Shown: piece by piece, positions 48,196 through 58,422 of the stretch
Layout: the number at the start of each line of letters is the position of its first letter
How positions within the stretch are numbered: position 1 is the first letter of the stretch
DNA from: an uncultured Amylibacter sp.
GTDB lineage: Bacteria; Pseudomonadota; Alphaproteobacteria; Rhodobacterales; Rhodobacteraceae
Reading direction: 5' to 3'
Assembly: GCA_964195605.1 (NCBI GenBank)
Contig: CAXMSA010000002.1
Span: 608 to 64,607, forward strand
Length of the DNA: 64,000 nucleotides
Translations under genes and position numbers: made by a program
The notes under the pieces: generated by a model
Database searches by the model: none
Seen by the model: only the letters and a program-made list of their open reading frames with translations
Told to the model about the DNA's origin: nothing

Positions 48196-49059
48196 CTATT
48201 CCGTATCGTTTTTGGTCATTAGCGTGTAGAACAGCCATGACACAAGCAGGGTGATTGCAAAGTAGATCAGTGACATTGCCGCCGCCGGGCCAAGGTCAAA
48301 CTGGCCAAGTGCTATTTTTACCAAATCAATTGACAGCAGGGTTGTTGAGTTGCCGGGGCCGCCGCCTGTCAGCACGAATATTTCTGTGTAGATGTTGAAA
48401 CTGTCCATGAAACGTAACAGGATTGCGATGGTCAGCACCTGTTTCATTTTTGGCAATTGGATATAGCGAAACACGGCCCAGTTTGAAGCACCGTCGATTT
48501 TGGCGGCTTGATAATAGGCGTCGGGGATCGATACTAGGCCTGCGTAACTTAGTAACACGACTAGTGATGTCCAATGCCAGACATCCATTGTGATGATAGT
48601 GACCCATGCGGCAAACGGGTTTTGGGTCATGTCGTAATTGATGCCAAGTGTGGTGTTCATCAAATAGCCCAAAAGACCGATATCGGGCAGGGTGAAAATG
48701 TTCCACATCGCCCCCACCACGTTCCACGGGATCAGCATTGGTAAAGCCATTGTCACAAGGCAGACCGGCACCCAAAAGCCTGAGCGCGGCATGGACAGGG
48801 CGATGATGATGCCCAAGGGCACCTCGATTGACAGGATCAGTGCGGTGAACATGAATTGGCGGCCAAGGGCTGCATGGAAGCGGTCAGAATGCAGCAGTTT
48901 TTCAAACCAGCCCAAGCCTTCCCAGAAAAACAGGTTGTTGCCGAAGGTTTCCTGTACCGAATAGTTGACTACGGTCATCATTGGAATAAGCGCGTTGAAA
49001 GCTACCAGCAACAGAACTGGCAAAACAAAAAACCAAGCTTTTTGATAGTGGGTTTTCAT
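48196..49059 (-). CDS. Carbohydrate ABC permease (glycerol-type, GlpP-like)
   Basis: NYSVQETFG..YYQAAKIDGA. Confidence 0.9.
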   Translation of the reverse strand: MKTHYQKAWFFVLPVLLLVAFNALIPMMTVVNYSVQETFGNNLFFWEGLGWFEKLLHSDRFHAALGRQFMFTALILSIEVPLGIIIALSMPRSGFWVPVCLVTMALPMLIPWNVVGAMWNIFTLPDIGLLGYLMNTTLGINYDMTQNPFAAWVTIITMDVWHWTSLVVLLSYAGLVSIPDAYYQAAKIDGASNWAVFRYIQLPKMKQVLTIAILLRFMDSFNIYTEIFVLTGGGPGNSTTLLSIDLVKIALGQFDLGPAAAMSLIYFAITLLVSWLFYTLMTKNDTE

Positions 49060-50141
49060 GGCGTGCCCCCTTTGGCTTTTGTGGCAATCCAGCCATCGCG
49101 GTAGAGGCGGGTTTTTGCGGGGTCAAACGACAGATGAACGGTTTCGCCTTGTGAGGGAACCGTGCCTTTGACCACAACTTTAATCAGGGTATCACCGGCC
49201 ATTGCATCAACCACGTTGTGGCGCCCAACATCAGAGACTTTGCGGATAATCACCTTTAGACCATGATCGCTAAGGCTGACGTGCTCGGGGCGGATGCCGA
49301 TCTCGGTTTTGCCTTGTATGCCGTTTCCGATTTTTCCTTCAAGCTGTAATTGTTTCCCGTGGAAAAACGCAACCCCTTGTTGCACCTCGCAGGGCAACAC
49401 GTTCATGCCGGGTGAACCAATGAAATGGCCGACGAAAGTGTGCGCAGGGCGTTCGAACAGCTCAACTGGTGTGCCTATCTGGACAATCTCGCCATCGTTC
49501 ATCACCACCACCTGATCGGCAAAAGTCAGGGCTTCGGTCTGATCGTGGGTGACATAGATCATTGTGGCGCGTACTTTCTGGTGCAGCTCTTTCAGCTTGG
49601 AACGCAGTTTCCATTTTAAATGCGGATCGATCACCGTAAGCGGTTCATCGAACATCACTACATTGACATCTTTGCGCACCAAGCCGCGGCCCATGGATAT
49701 TTTTTGTTTGTTGTCAGGCGACAAGGCTGATGCGCGGGTTTGCAACATGTCGCTGAGTTCTAGCATCTGGGCGATTTCTATAACGCGGCCCTTAACGGTT
49801 GCCTCATCCATACCGCGATTGCGTAACGGGAAGGCAAGGTTGTTAAAGACGGTCATGGTGTCGTAGATCACCGGAAACTGGAATACTTGCGCAATGTTGC
49901 GTTGATCTGGGGGCAGGTGGGTGACATCCTGATCATCAAACAAAACGCGGCCTTCGGACGGGTCTAGCAGGCCTGATATGATATTCAGTAATGTGGATTT
50001 TCCGCAGCCTGAGGGGCCTAACAGGGCATAGGCACCGCCGTCTTGCCAATCCAGATTGATTTCCTTTAAAGCATAATCTTCAGGGGTATTGGGGCTTGGA
50101 TGGTAGCTGTGCCGCAGTTTTGAAAGGGTGATTTTTGCCAT
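49056..50141 (-). CDS. Carbohydrate ABC ATPase (GlpT-like)
   Basis: GPSGCGKS, AQVFQFPVIYD, degenerate signature, FDEPLT, THDQTEA. Confidence 0.9.
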   Translation of the reverse strand: MAKITLSKLRHSYHPSPNTPEDYALKEINLDWQDGGAYALLGPSGCGKSTLLNIISGLLDPSEGRVLFDDQDVTHLPPDQRNIAQVFQFPVIYDTMTVFNNLAFPLRNRGMDEATVKGRVIEIAQMLELSDMLQTRASALSPDNKQKISMGRGLVRKDVNVVMFDEPLTVIDPHLKWKLRSKLKELHQKVRATMIYVTHDQTEALTFADQVVVMNDGEIVQIGTPVELFERPAHTFVGHFIGSPGMNVLPCEVQQGVAFFHGKQLQLEGKIGNGIQGKTEIGIRPEHVSLSDHGLKVIIRKVSDVGRHNVVDAMAGDTLIKVVVKGTVPSQGETVHLSFDPAKTRLYRDGWIATKAKGGTP

Positions 50142-50151
50142 GTTTTACCCC

Positions 50152-51216
50152 TTACGCCACGAACGCGCCGTCGGGCGCGAAGTAGAAACATTGGGCGGGA
50201 TCCATGAAGAATTTACGGGTCTCGCCGATTTGATAAGGGTGGGTGCCGTGGGCCAGTGAAACCCATGTGTGATCGCCCATCTCGAAATGCGCACTGCTTT
50301 CAGAGCCGCTTAATTCAGTGACCAAAACCATGCCTGACAAGGTAACATTGGCATGCTCCGTTTGGTTTGGGGTCACGTGATGCGGGCGGATGGCTACTGT
50401 GTAGCGGCCATCCTTCAGTTTGGCAGCAGCCCCCGTCAGAGGCCATGATGTGGTGGTATCCAGCAAAGCCTTGGTACCTTGTTTGGTGATAGTCGCAGCA
50501 TTGATCGGCGGGCTGGAAAACACCTGGGCCGAGGCCAAATTATGCGGGTTGCGGTAAATTTCTGCGGTGAGGCCGAATTGGGTGACATGGCCGTCATCCA
50601 TCAGGGCGGTATAACCGCCCAGCAAAAGGGCCTCTTCGGGTTCGGATGTCGCGTAAACCACGACAGCACCACGCCCTGCAAAAAGTTCAGGCAGCTGTTC
50701 GCGTAGTTCTTCGCGCAGTTTGTAATCAAGGTTTGCAAGCGGTTCATCCAGAAATACCGCACGGCTTTCTTTGGCGATGGCGCGTGCTAATGCGGTACGT
50801 TGTTGCTGGCCGCCTGACAGTTCATGCGGACGGCGGTGCAGCATCGGGCGCAGCTGTAAAATGTCGGCAGCCTCTTCCACGCGGCCCTGAATTTCAGATT
50901 GTGCCATGCCTGCGACCCTTAAAGGGGAGGCGATGTTGTCGAATACGGTCATATGCGGGTAGTTGACGAAAAACTGGTGAACGAGTGAGATATTGCGCTT
51001 TTGGGTGGAAAGCCTGGTGACATCCTGCCCGTCCATGAATATCTGGCCGCCGGCCATGGGATCAAGGCCCGCCATCATTTTAATAAGCGAAGTCTTGCCC
51101 GCACCGGTCTGACCTAAAAGCACGTTGAAATGCCCAGGCTTAAGGGTCAGGCTGGTTTCTTTGATGTGGGTAATCGCGCCGACGCGTTTGGTGATATTTT
51201 TCAGTTCAATTGTCAT
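50152..51216 (-). CDS. Carbohydrate ABC ATPase (GlpS-like)
   Basis: GQTGAGKT, LSGGQQQR, DEPLANLDYKLREELR. Confidence 0.9.
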   Translation of the reverse strand: MTIELKNITKRVGAITHIKETSLTLKPGHFNVLLGQTGAGKTSLIKMMAGLDPMAGGQIFMDGQDVTRLSTQKRNISLVHQFFVNYPHMTVFDNIASPLRVAGMAQSEIQGRVEEAADILQLRPMLHRRPHELSGGQQQRTALARAIAKESRAVFLDEPLANLDYKLREELREQLPELFAGRGAVVVYATSEPEEALLLGGYTALMDDGHVTQFGLTAEIYRNPHNLASAQVFSSPPINAATITKQGTKALLDTTTSWPLTGAAAKLKDGRYTVAIRPHHVTPNQTEHANVTLSGMVLVTELSGSESSAHFEMGDHTWVSLAHGTHPYQIGETRKFFMDPAQCFYFAPDGAFVA

Positions 51217-51276
51217 TCGGGTACTTTTCTAGTGGGGCGCTGCCCATTAAAATGCCGGGGCCTATAAGCCCCAGCG

Positions 51277-51304
51277 TGATAAGTCTGGTTTGCCAGACTT
51301 ATCA
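51277..51304. terminator. Perfect 12-bp hairpin after the binding-protein gene
   Basis: TGATAAGTCTGG-TTTG-CCAGACTTATCA. Confidence 0.65.
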
Positions 51305-51312
51305 AAGAGTGG

Positions 51313-53049
51313 TTATTGTGCGGCCCAGCGGGCTACAAGATCGTCATAGTTGACGGTGATCCCTTGTGGTTTCTCGTTATCCAACGGGGGTTTTGCACCG
51401 CCGTTTACATACCAGAATGCTGCATCTTTTTCTTCGTTCAGACGCGGACCACAACCGCCATATACATTGGCGGCTTCATCAACCGCTTGCATACGAGCCA
51501 TTGTGATATCCATTTCACCGGCCAGACGATCCATCGCTTCTTGCGGTGTGAAAGCACCAGAGTTCACGTCACCGATTTGCTGCCACCAAATTTGGGCCAG
51601 TTTGGGATAGTCAGGCACATTAATGCCGGTTGGTGACCATGCCACACGATCAGGTGAGCGGTAAAACTCAACCAGACCACCCAGATTAGGCGCACGATCA
51701 GAGAACGACGCGTGGTTGACGGTACTGTTTCGGATGAAGGTCAAACCAACGTGTGATTTTTTCACATCCACGGTTTTTGACACAGCGAATTGTGCGTATA
51801 ACCATGCGGCTTTGGCACGATCTTCGGGTGTGGACTTAAGAATTGTCCATGAACCCACGTCCTGATAACCAACCTTTTGGCCTTCTTGCCAATAAGGGCC
51901 ATGCGGGGATGGGGCCATGCGCCAAAGCGGCTTGCCGTTGTCGTCCACAGTGTTATTGCCTTCAGACTTCGGTTTCACCATGTCGGCGGTAAAGGCTGTG
52001 TACCAGAAAATTTGTTGCGCTACGTTGCCTTGGCTAAGCGCGGGCAAGGACTGGTAGAAGTCAAAGGATGCCGCGCCCGGAGGTGCGTAAGCCCGTAACC
52101 ATTCATCCCATTTTCGAATGGCATAAACTGCTGCGGGGCCGTTTGCTGCACCACCCCGGCTGACAGACGCACCTGATGGATTACAAGAACCCGCTTCCAT
52201 ACGGATACCCCATTCATCAATAGGAATGCCGTTTGGCTCACCTTTGGAACCGGTACCGGCCATGGAAAGCCAGGCATCGGTCATGCGCCAACCCAGATCG
52301 GGGGCGCGTTTGCCATAATCCATGTGGCCGTAAATCGCTGTACCGTCGATTTCTTTGACGTCTTTGGAAAAGAACTCGGCGATGTCTTCGTAAGCTGACC
52401 AGTTCACTGGTACACCTAATTCATAACCGTATTTGGCTTTGAAGGCGGTTTTCAGGTCTTCGCGGTCAAACCAGTCTTTGCGGAACCAATAAAGGTTGGC
52501 AAATTGTTGATCGGGTAACTGATAAAGGTCGCCATCTGGCCCTGTGGTAAACTGGGTGCCGATAAAATCGCCTAGATCAAGATTAGGGTTTGTGACATCT
52601 GCACCAGCACCTGCCATCCAGTCAGTCAGGTTATAGGCCAGTTGCAAGCGTGAGTGGGTGCCAATCAAGTCACTGTCATTGACGTATGCGTCATAAAGAT
52701 TACGGCCAGTTTGCATTTGGGTTTGCACGGCTTGTACAACTTCGCCTTCGCCCAAAATCTGGTGATTGACTTTGATGCCGGTGATTTCCTCGAAAGCTTT
52801 TGTCAACACTTCAGACTCGTATGAATGTGTTGGAATGCCTTCCGAAAGCACGTTAATCTCCATGCCTGAAAACGGCGCTGCCGCCTTGATAAACCATTTC
52901 ATTTCGCCCATCTGTTCATCTTTATTCATAGATGACGGTTGAAACTCCTGATTGATCCATTTTTGAGCAGCGGCCTCATTAGCCATGGCTGTCGTGGTAC
53001 CCGCTATAACGGCAATGACCGCGGCTGCGGATAGTAAATACTTACGCAT
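51313..53049 (-). CDS. Carbohydrate ABC substrate-binding protein (glycerol-type, GlpV-like)
   Basis: Signal peptide, YQLPDQQFANLYWFR, YGHMDYGK..RWAAQ; the SBP-2 ATPase-2 permease-DUF2160 layout matches the glycerol ABC family. Start ATG 53049. Confidence 0.85.
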   Translation of the reverse strand: MRKYLLSAAAVIAVIAGTTTAMANEAAAQKWINQEFQPSSMNKDEQMGEMKWFIKAAAPFSGMEINVLSEGIPTHSYESEVLTKAFEEITGIKVNHQILGEGEVVQAVQTQMQTGRNLYDAYVNDSDLIGTHSRLQLAYNLTDWMAGAGADVTNPNLDLGDFIGTQFTTGPDGDLYQLPDQQFANLYWFRKDWFDREDLKTAFKAKYGYELGVPVNWSAYEDIAEFFSKDVKEIDGTAIYGHMDYGKRAPDLGWRMTDAWLSMAGTGSKGEPNGIPIDEWGIRMEAGSCNPSGASVSRGGAANGPAAVYAIRKWDEWLRAYAPPGAASFDFYQSLPALSQGNVAQQIFWYTAFTADMVKPKSEGNNTVDDNGKPLWRMAPSPHGPYWQEGQKVGYQDVGSWTILKSTPEDRAKAAWLYAQFAVSKTVDVKKSHVGLTFIRNSTVNHASFSDRAPNLGGLVEFYRSPDRVAWSPTGINVPDYPKLAQIWWQQIGDVNSGAFTPQEAMDRLAGEMDITMARMQAVDEAANVYGGCGPRLNEEKDAAFWYVNGGAKPPLDNEKPQGITVNYDDLVARWAAQ

Positions 53050-53211
53050 CTTGTCTCCTCCCTTATATATCGTAGTCGGCATACGCCGATCACAGTATAG
53101 TCATCCAAAAGATGGGATTCTGTCAAACTAAAAGTTTAGTAGAAATAATCACTGTTGGTATTTCGTAATGTGCATTGTTTTAACTGGGCGATTAATGGGG
53201 TTTTCCCCAGC

Positions 53212-53892
53212 TTATTCAGGTATTTGTTCCATAAGTTCTAGGGCTTTGGGGCCGATGGCATGGGCAATCTTGGCCACACCTTTTGCATTGGGATGAATAT
53301 TATCATTTTGCATGAATTTTGGGTTCGGGAACTTCTGGTCAGCCGTATCCATCAGGGCGCTAAAGAAATTTTTGTAAATCAACACATCATACTTAGTAGC
53401 AAGATCAACATAGATGGCATCAAATGCGGTTTTGTAATCGGGGCCGTAATTGCCAGGGGCAATCAGGCCGATCAGCAATACGGGCAGGCCGCGTTCTTTT
53501 GCTGCCTGTAGTATTCCTGCAAGATTTTTGCGGCTTGTTGCCGGGTCAATACCGCGTAACAGATCGTTGCCGCCCAAGGTGACGATCATCGCGCCAATTT
53601 CTGGTGTAAGTGTCCACGCCACACGAGATAGGCCACCTGCCGTGGTGTCACCTGATACGCCTGCGTTTAAGATGGTTACGTCTGCGCCAGTTTCGCGTAA
53701 CCAGTTTTGTAATTGAGGGACAAAGCCTTTTTTGGCGGGTAACCCATAGCCCTGGATCAGGCTATCGCCAAGGGCGGCAATGACAACGGGGGCAGCATTT
53801 GTGGGCCACGCGGTGAGTAAAATCAGAAATAATGTAATTGTGCGCTTGCGAAATTTGCAGGCAAGCCAATATATAAATGAAGAAGAGAACAT
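53212..53892 (-). CDS. tesA: GDSL/SGNH arylesterase (TesA-like)
   Basis: GDSL, NAGVSG, LGGND, DNIHPN; divergent from ybbAP-like genes. True start near 53892, not 54090. Confidence 0.85.
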   Translation of the reverse strand: MFSSSFIYWLACKFRKRTITLFLILLTAWPTNAAPVVIAALGDSLIQGYGLPAKKGFVPQLQNWLRETGADVTILNAGVSGDTTAGGLSRVAWTLTPEIGAMIVTLGGNDLLRGIDPATSRKNLAGILQAAKERGLPVLLIGLIAPGNYGPDYKTAFDAIYVDLATKYDVLIYKNFFSALMDTADQKFPNPKFMQNDNIHPNAKGVAKIAHAIGPKALELMEQIPE

Positions 53893-53896
53893 AAGG

Positions 53897-54601
53897 ATGA
53901 AACCCATGACCGAGACGATATTGTCGTTGAATGATGCCAAGCTTAGCTTATCTGGCAATGCGGGCAAGGTGGATATTCTGCATGGTATTACGTTGGATGT
54001 GCAGCGCGGGGAAACGCTGGGGCTTGTAGGGCCGTCTGGGTCTGGCAAGTCGTCTCTCCTTATGCTTATGGGCGGGTTGGAACAGGCCACGGGGGGGGCT
54101 GTGCATGCGTTGGATCACGACCTGACGCAGTTGAACGAAGATGCGCTGGCCCAGTTCCGTCTACAACATATGGGAGTGGTGTTTCAATCTTTCCACCTTA
54201 TTCCAACAATGACGGCGCTTGAAAATGTAGCGACGCCTTTGGAACTTGCAGGTGTTCGGGATGCATTTGAACGGGCAAAGGATGAACTTTGCGCGGTTGG
54301 GCTAGAAGCGCGGATGGATCATTACCCATCGCAAATGTCGGGGGGCGAACAACAACGTGTGGCATTGGCCCGTGCCGCGGCACCGCGACCTGATATTTTG
54401 CTTGCGGATGAGCCTACGGGTAATTTGGATACCAGTAACGGGCAGGTGATTATGGATTTGCTTTTTGGGTTACGCGACACATATGGCACAACAATTATTC
54501 TAGTAACCCACGCGGCAGAGCTTGCGGCGCGCTGTGACCGTATTGTGCGGCTGAATGACGGGCGGATTGATCAGGTGACACCACAGAAAGCCGCAGAATG
54601 A
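53897..54601 (+). CDS. ABC ATP-binding protein (YbbA/LolD-like)
   Basis: GPSGSGKS, MSGGEQQR, ADEPTGNLD. Confidence 0.9.
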   Translation: MKPMTETILSLNDAKLSLSGNAGKVDILHGITLDVQRGETLGLVGPSGSGKSSLLMLMGGLEQATGGAVHALDHDLTQLNEDALAQFRLQHMGVVFQSFHLIPTMTALENVATPLELAGVRDAFERAKDELCAVGLEARMDHYPSQMSGGEQQRVALARAAAPRPDILLADEPTGNLDTSNGQVIMDLLFGLRDTYGTTIILVTHAAELAARCDRIVRLNDGRIDQVTPQKAAE

Positions 54602-57120
54602 GTTTTATTGCAGCCTATCGTATCGCACGGCGTGAATTGCGTGGGGGTCTGCGTGGCTTCGGTATTTTCATTGCATGTCTTGCCCTTGGGGTGGGTGCGA
54701 TTGCAGCTGTGGGCTCGGTTCGGATGAGTATCGAAAAAGGGCTGGTGCAAGAAGGTGCGGTGATACTGGGGGGCGATGCTGTTCTGGAATTTACGTATCG
54801 TTTTGCCAGTGATGAAGAGCGCGGGTGGATTGCTGCGAACAGTGACAGAGTGTCTGAAATAGTCGATTTTCGTTCGATGGCGGTTGTCGGTGTCGGCGCG
54901 GAGGCAACACGGGCTTTGACGCAGGTGAAGGGGGTGGATGATCAGTACCCGTTATATGGCCGCGCCGTATTATCGCCTGATATTCCGCTGGCCAGTGCCT
55001 TGGCAGGGCAGGGTGCTGTGATGCAACAAGTATTGGTTGATCGGTTGGGATTGAAGGTTGGCGATAGCTTTCGTATGGGTGTGAAACAGTTTCAGCTTAG
55101 GGCTACCTTATTGCGTGAACCCGACAATGCCAGTGCGGGGTTTGGATTGGGGCCGCGTATTATTGTGGCGAAACGGGCGTTGACGGGGGCTGGATTGTTG
55201 GAGCCCGGGTCAATTTTCAAAACGAAATACAGGATGGCCCTGCCTGATGACACTGTGCTTGGCGCGATGCAGGCCAAGGCTGAGAAACTGTTTCAAGAAA
55301 GCGGTGCGCGTTGGCATGACCGGCGCAACGGAGCACCCGGCGTACAGCGGTTTGTCGGGCGTATGGGCGCATTTCTGGTGCTGGTTGGTTTGGCAGGGCT
55401 GGCGGTGGGTGGTATTGGTGTTTCGGCAGCTGTACGGGCTTATCTGGGTGGCAAGTCGACCGTGATTGCCACGTTAAAAACGCTGGGGGCAAGCGGGCGG
55501 ATCATTTTTTTGACTTACTTGATGCAGATTGGGGTGCTGACGTTTCTGGGCATTGCTTTGGGGCTGATATTCGGGGCGGCGATGCCAGTGTTGTTATCGC
55601 CTGTGATTGAAGCTGCTTTACCTGTTCCGGTTTTTGTGGGCGTACATCTGTCGCCTTTGATTGAGGCTGCACTTTACGGTATTCTGACCGCATTGATATT
55701 TACGTTATGGCCTTTGGCGCAAGCAGAGCAAATTCGCGCAGCTTCTTTATTTCGGGAACCGGGTGGGCAATTACACGGCTGGCCGCGGGCTATATTTCTG
55801 TTGTTGATACTTGCGTTGACACTTGCATTGGTGGGGCTTGCCGCATGGTATTCGGGGGCGCCTGAATTGGCGGTTTGGGTTGCGGGCGGTATTTTGATTG
55901 CACTTGGTGCATTGACACTATCAGCCGCAGGCGTGCGGCGGTTGGCGGCGCGTCTGTCAAGAACGGGTTGGGTGCGCGGGCATACGGCTTTGCGTCTGGC
56001 ATTTGGCGCTGTGGGTGGGCCCAGCGGGGAAACCACCTCGGTCGTTTTATCGCTTGGGTTGGGCTTGGCGGTACTGGCCTCTATTGGGCAGATAGAAGCG
56101 AACCTGCGCAATGCGATTTCAGATGAATTACCAAAAGCTGCCCCCTCTTACTTTTTCATCGATATTCAACCGGATCAGTTGGCAGGTTTTATGACGCGGT
56201 TGAATGCGCATGATGGGGTTTCAAAGGTGGATAGCGCACCGATGATGCGCGGGGTGATAACCCAGATCAACGGACAATCCGCGCAGGATGTGGCCGGGGA
56301 TCATTGGGTTATTCGTGGTGATCGCGGGATTACCTATTCCGCTGTCGTACCCAAAGGGTCATCCGTCACCCAAGGCCAATGGTGGGCAAAGGATTATGCG
56401 GGACCGCCGCTGGTGAGCGTGGCGCAAAAACAGGCCGATGAGATTGGGTTGAAACTGGGCGATACCCTGACCGTGAATATATTAGGGCGCGATATCATCG
56501 CGACCATCTCTAATTTTCGCAATGTTGATTTTTCGGATGCGAGCATAGATTTTGTGCTGACCTTAAATCCGTCTGCCATTGCAGGGGCACCGCATACGAA
56601 TATTGCGACGGTTTATGCCGATCAAGCGGTTGAGGCGACCCTGTTGCGCGATGTGGCCGGGGATTACCCGAACATTACTGCGGTGCGGGTGCGCGATGCG
56701 ATTGCACGGGTATCAGATGCTTTGGCAGGAATTGCGGCTGCCACCTCATACGGGGCGGGGGCCACGTTGTTGACGGGATTTATTGTCTTGATCGGAGCAG
56801 CGGCTGCGGGTGAACCTGCACGTATCTTTGAAGCGGCTGTTTTGAAAACTGTCGGGGCATCGCGGGGGCGCATTCTGGCCAGCTTTGCAATGCGGTCGGT
56901 CATTTTGGGCAGTGCGGCTGGCAGTGTCGCTTTGCTGGCAGGTGTTGTGGCCGGTTGGGGGGTGACGGTTTACGTGATGCAAACCAGTTACCAATTCCAG
57001 CCATTGTCGGCGGGACTAATCGTTGTGGGCGGGGCATCAGCAACGCTTCTGGCCGGGTTGATATACGCTTGGCGGCCACTTATGGCCCGTCCTGCGCAGG
57101 TTTTGCGGGCGCGTGAATAA
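54598..57120 (+). CDS. FtsX-like ABC permease (YbbP-like)
   Basis: ARRELRGG, IATLKTLGA, PSYFFIDIQP; 840 aa, two-repeat permease. Confidence 0.9.
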   Translation: MSFIAAYRIARRELRGGLRGFGIFIACLALGVGAIAAVGSVRMSIEKGLVQEGAVILGGDAVLEFTYRFASDEERGWIAANSDRVSEIVDFRSMAVVGVGAEATRALTQVKGVDDQYPLYGRAVLSPDIPLASALAGQGAVMQQVLVDRLGLKVGDSFRMGVKQFQLRATLLREPDNASAGFGLGPRIIVAKRALTGAGLLEPGSIFKTKYRMALPDDTVLGAMQAKAEKLFQESGARWHDRRNGAPGVQRFVGRMGAFLVLVGLAGLAVGGIGVSAAVRAYLGGKSTVIATLKTLGASGRIIFLTYLMQIGVLTFLGIALGLIFGAAMPVLLSPVIEAALPVPVFVGVHLSPLIEAALYGILTALIFTLWPLAQAEQIRAASLFREPGGQLHGWPRAIFLLLILALTLALVGLAAWYSGAPELAVWVAGGILIALGALTLSAAGVRRLAARLSRTGWVRGHTALRLAFGAVGGPSGETTSVVLSLGLGLAVLASIGQIEANLRNAISDELPKAAPSYFFIDIQPDQLAGFMTRLNAHDGVSKVDSAPMMRGVITQINGQSAQDVAGDHWVIRGDRGITYSAVVPKGSSVTQGQWWAKDYAGPPLVSVAQKQADEIGLKLGDTLTVNILGRDIIATISNFRNVDFSDASIDFVLTLNPSAIAGAPHTNIATVYADQAVEATLLRDVAGDYPNITAVRVRDAIARVSDALAGIAAATSYGAGATLLTGFIVLIGAAAAGEPARIFEAAVLKTVGASRGRILASFAMRSVILGSAAGSVALLAGVVAGWGVTVYVMQTSYQFQPLSAGLIVVGGASATLLAGLIYAWRPLMARPAQVLRARE

Positions 57121-57359
57121 AGAATTCTAAAAAAACCTAGCTTAGGTAATCTTAACAAACTGTTCAAATTTGTTAAAAACAGGTGAAATGCGGTTGGTTA
57201 TATAGCTCTGCGGTGCATAATTATTAAATATTTAGTAATACCCAGCACGTGGTGCTGTAAATTGTGTTTTAAATTCCCTTTTTCACAACTTTTTGAAAAG
57301 ATTCTTTTTGCACTTATTGTTTTTTTCGCTAGTGTTCCCCGAATAATGGGAGAAATAAC

Positions 57360-58340
57360 ATGACAATACTAGCGAAATTAACGAAAACCCTTTCGGCGGC
57401 TTTACTGCTGACACTGATGGTGTCGGCACCTAATACAGCTTCCGCTCAGGACGAATGTAACCGAGGAACATTGGACGCAGCTTATTGCGACCGTAACTTT
57501 GACCAAACTGCCGACCTGCCGCTGGATGAAGGCGATTGGGTTGATCCAAGCACAATCATTTTCGCATACACACCTGTTGAAGATCCAGCCGTGTATGCAA
57601 ATATCTGGGACGGCTTTGTGAAACACATGGAAGCGGTAACTGGCCGTAAAGTTGTGTTTTTCCCGGTTCAGTCAAACGCGGCCCAACTGGAAGCTATGCG
57701 TTCAGGGCGTTTGCACGTTGCTGGCTTTAACACAGGTTCAAACCCGATCGCGGTTAGCTGTGCGGGTTTTGTACCTTTCGCTATGATGGCGAAAGACGAT
57801 GGTGCATTCGGCTATGAAATGGAAATCATTGTTCCGGCAGACTCGCCTATGCAATCAGCCGCAGACATCAAAGGCAAAACAATGGCCTTTACCTCACCGA
57901 CTTCAAACTCTGGTTTCAAAGCGCCATCAGCGATTTTGAAAGGTGAGTTCGGTTTGGTTGCAGGAACCGACTTTGAACCTGCGTATTCTGGCAAGCATGA
58001 TAACTCGATCCTTGGCGTGGCAAACGGTGACTACGAAGTGGCCGCTATCGCCAACTCTGTTCTGGCACGTATGATCCGTCGTGGTGTGGTGGATGCGGAT
58101 AAAATCCGTACTATCTACAAATCGCAAACTTTTCCGACAACCGGTTATGGTCATGCATATAATCTGCACCCAGCAGTTGTCGCGAAAGTGAAAGAAGCGT
58201 TCTGGACATATTCCTGGGAGGAGCATTTCCAGAAGGAATTCAAAAAAGCAAACCGCTTTATCGGGATTACACATAAGTTCGATTGGGCTGTGATCCGTCA
58301 GATCGATGCGGCCAATGGCATAAGCTACGACTGTAAATAA
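57360..58340 (+). CDS. phnD: Phosphate/phosphite/phosphonate ABC substrate-binding protein (PhnD-like)
   Basis: Signal peptide, [31 protein letters not shown]. Confidence 0.82.
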   Translation: MTILAKLTKTLSAALLLTLMVSAPNTASAQDECNRGTLDAAYCDRNFDQTADLPLDEGDWVDPSTIIFAYTPVEDPAVYANIWDGFVKHMEAVTGRKVVFFPVQSNAAQLEAMRSGRLHVAGFNTGSNPIAVSCAGFVPFAMMAKDDGAFGYEMEIIVPADSPMQSAADIKGKTMAFTSPTSNSGFKAPSAILKGEFGLVAGTDFEPAYSGKHDNSILGVANGDYEVAAIANSVLARMIRRGVVDADKIRTIYKSQTFPTTGYGHAYNLHPAVVAKVKEAFWTYSWEEHFQKEFKKANRFIGITHKFDWAVIRQIDAANGISYDCK

Positions 58341-58355
58341 ACTTCAAATTAACGT

Positions 58356-58387
58356 TATGGGGGCGGATCATATGGTCTGCCCTCATA
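58356..58387 (+). terminator. Hairpin after the binding-protein gene
   Basis: TATGGGGGCGGATC-ATAT-GGTCTGCCCTCATA (with G-U pairs), followed by TTTT. Confidence 0.55.
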
Positions 58388-58422
58388 TTTTAAGAAAATC
58401 AAAAAAGATACATGGGGATGGT

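Noticed and set aside
53893-54090. Long N-terminal extension of the arylesterase ORF (and the reciprocal extension of the ABC ATPase ORF to 53780)
   Set aside because: Each extension is just the antisense of the divergent neighbour; homology-like sequence starts near 53892 and 53897.
57152-57176. CtrA binding site
   Set aside because: TTAA half-sites are 17 bp apart, not the required 7.
57235-57260. TPP riboswitch (GTAATACC motif)
   Set aside because: The upstream CTGAGA and CCTGA core elements are missing.
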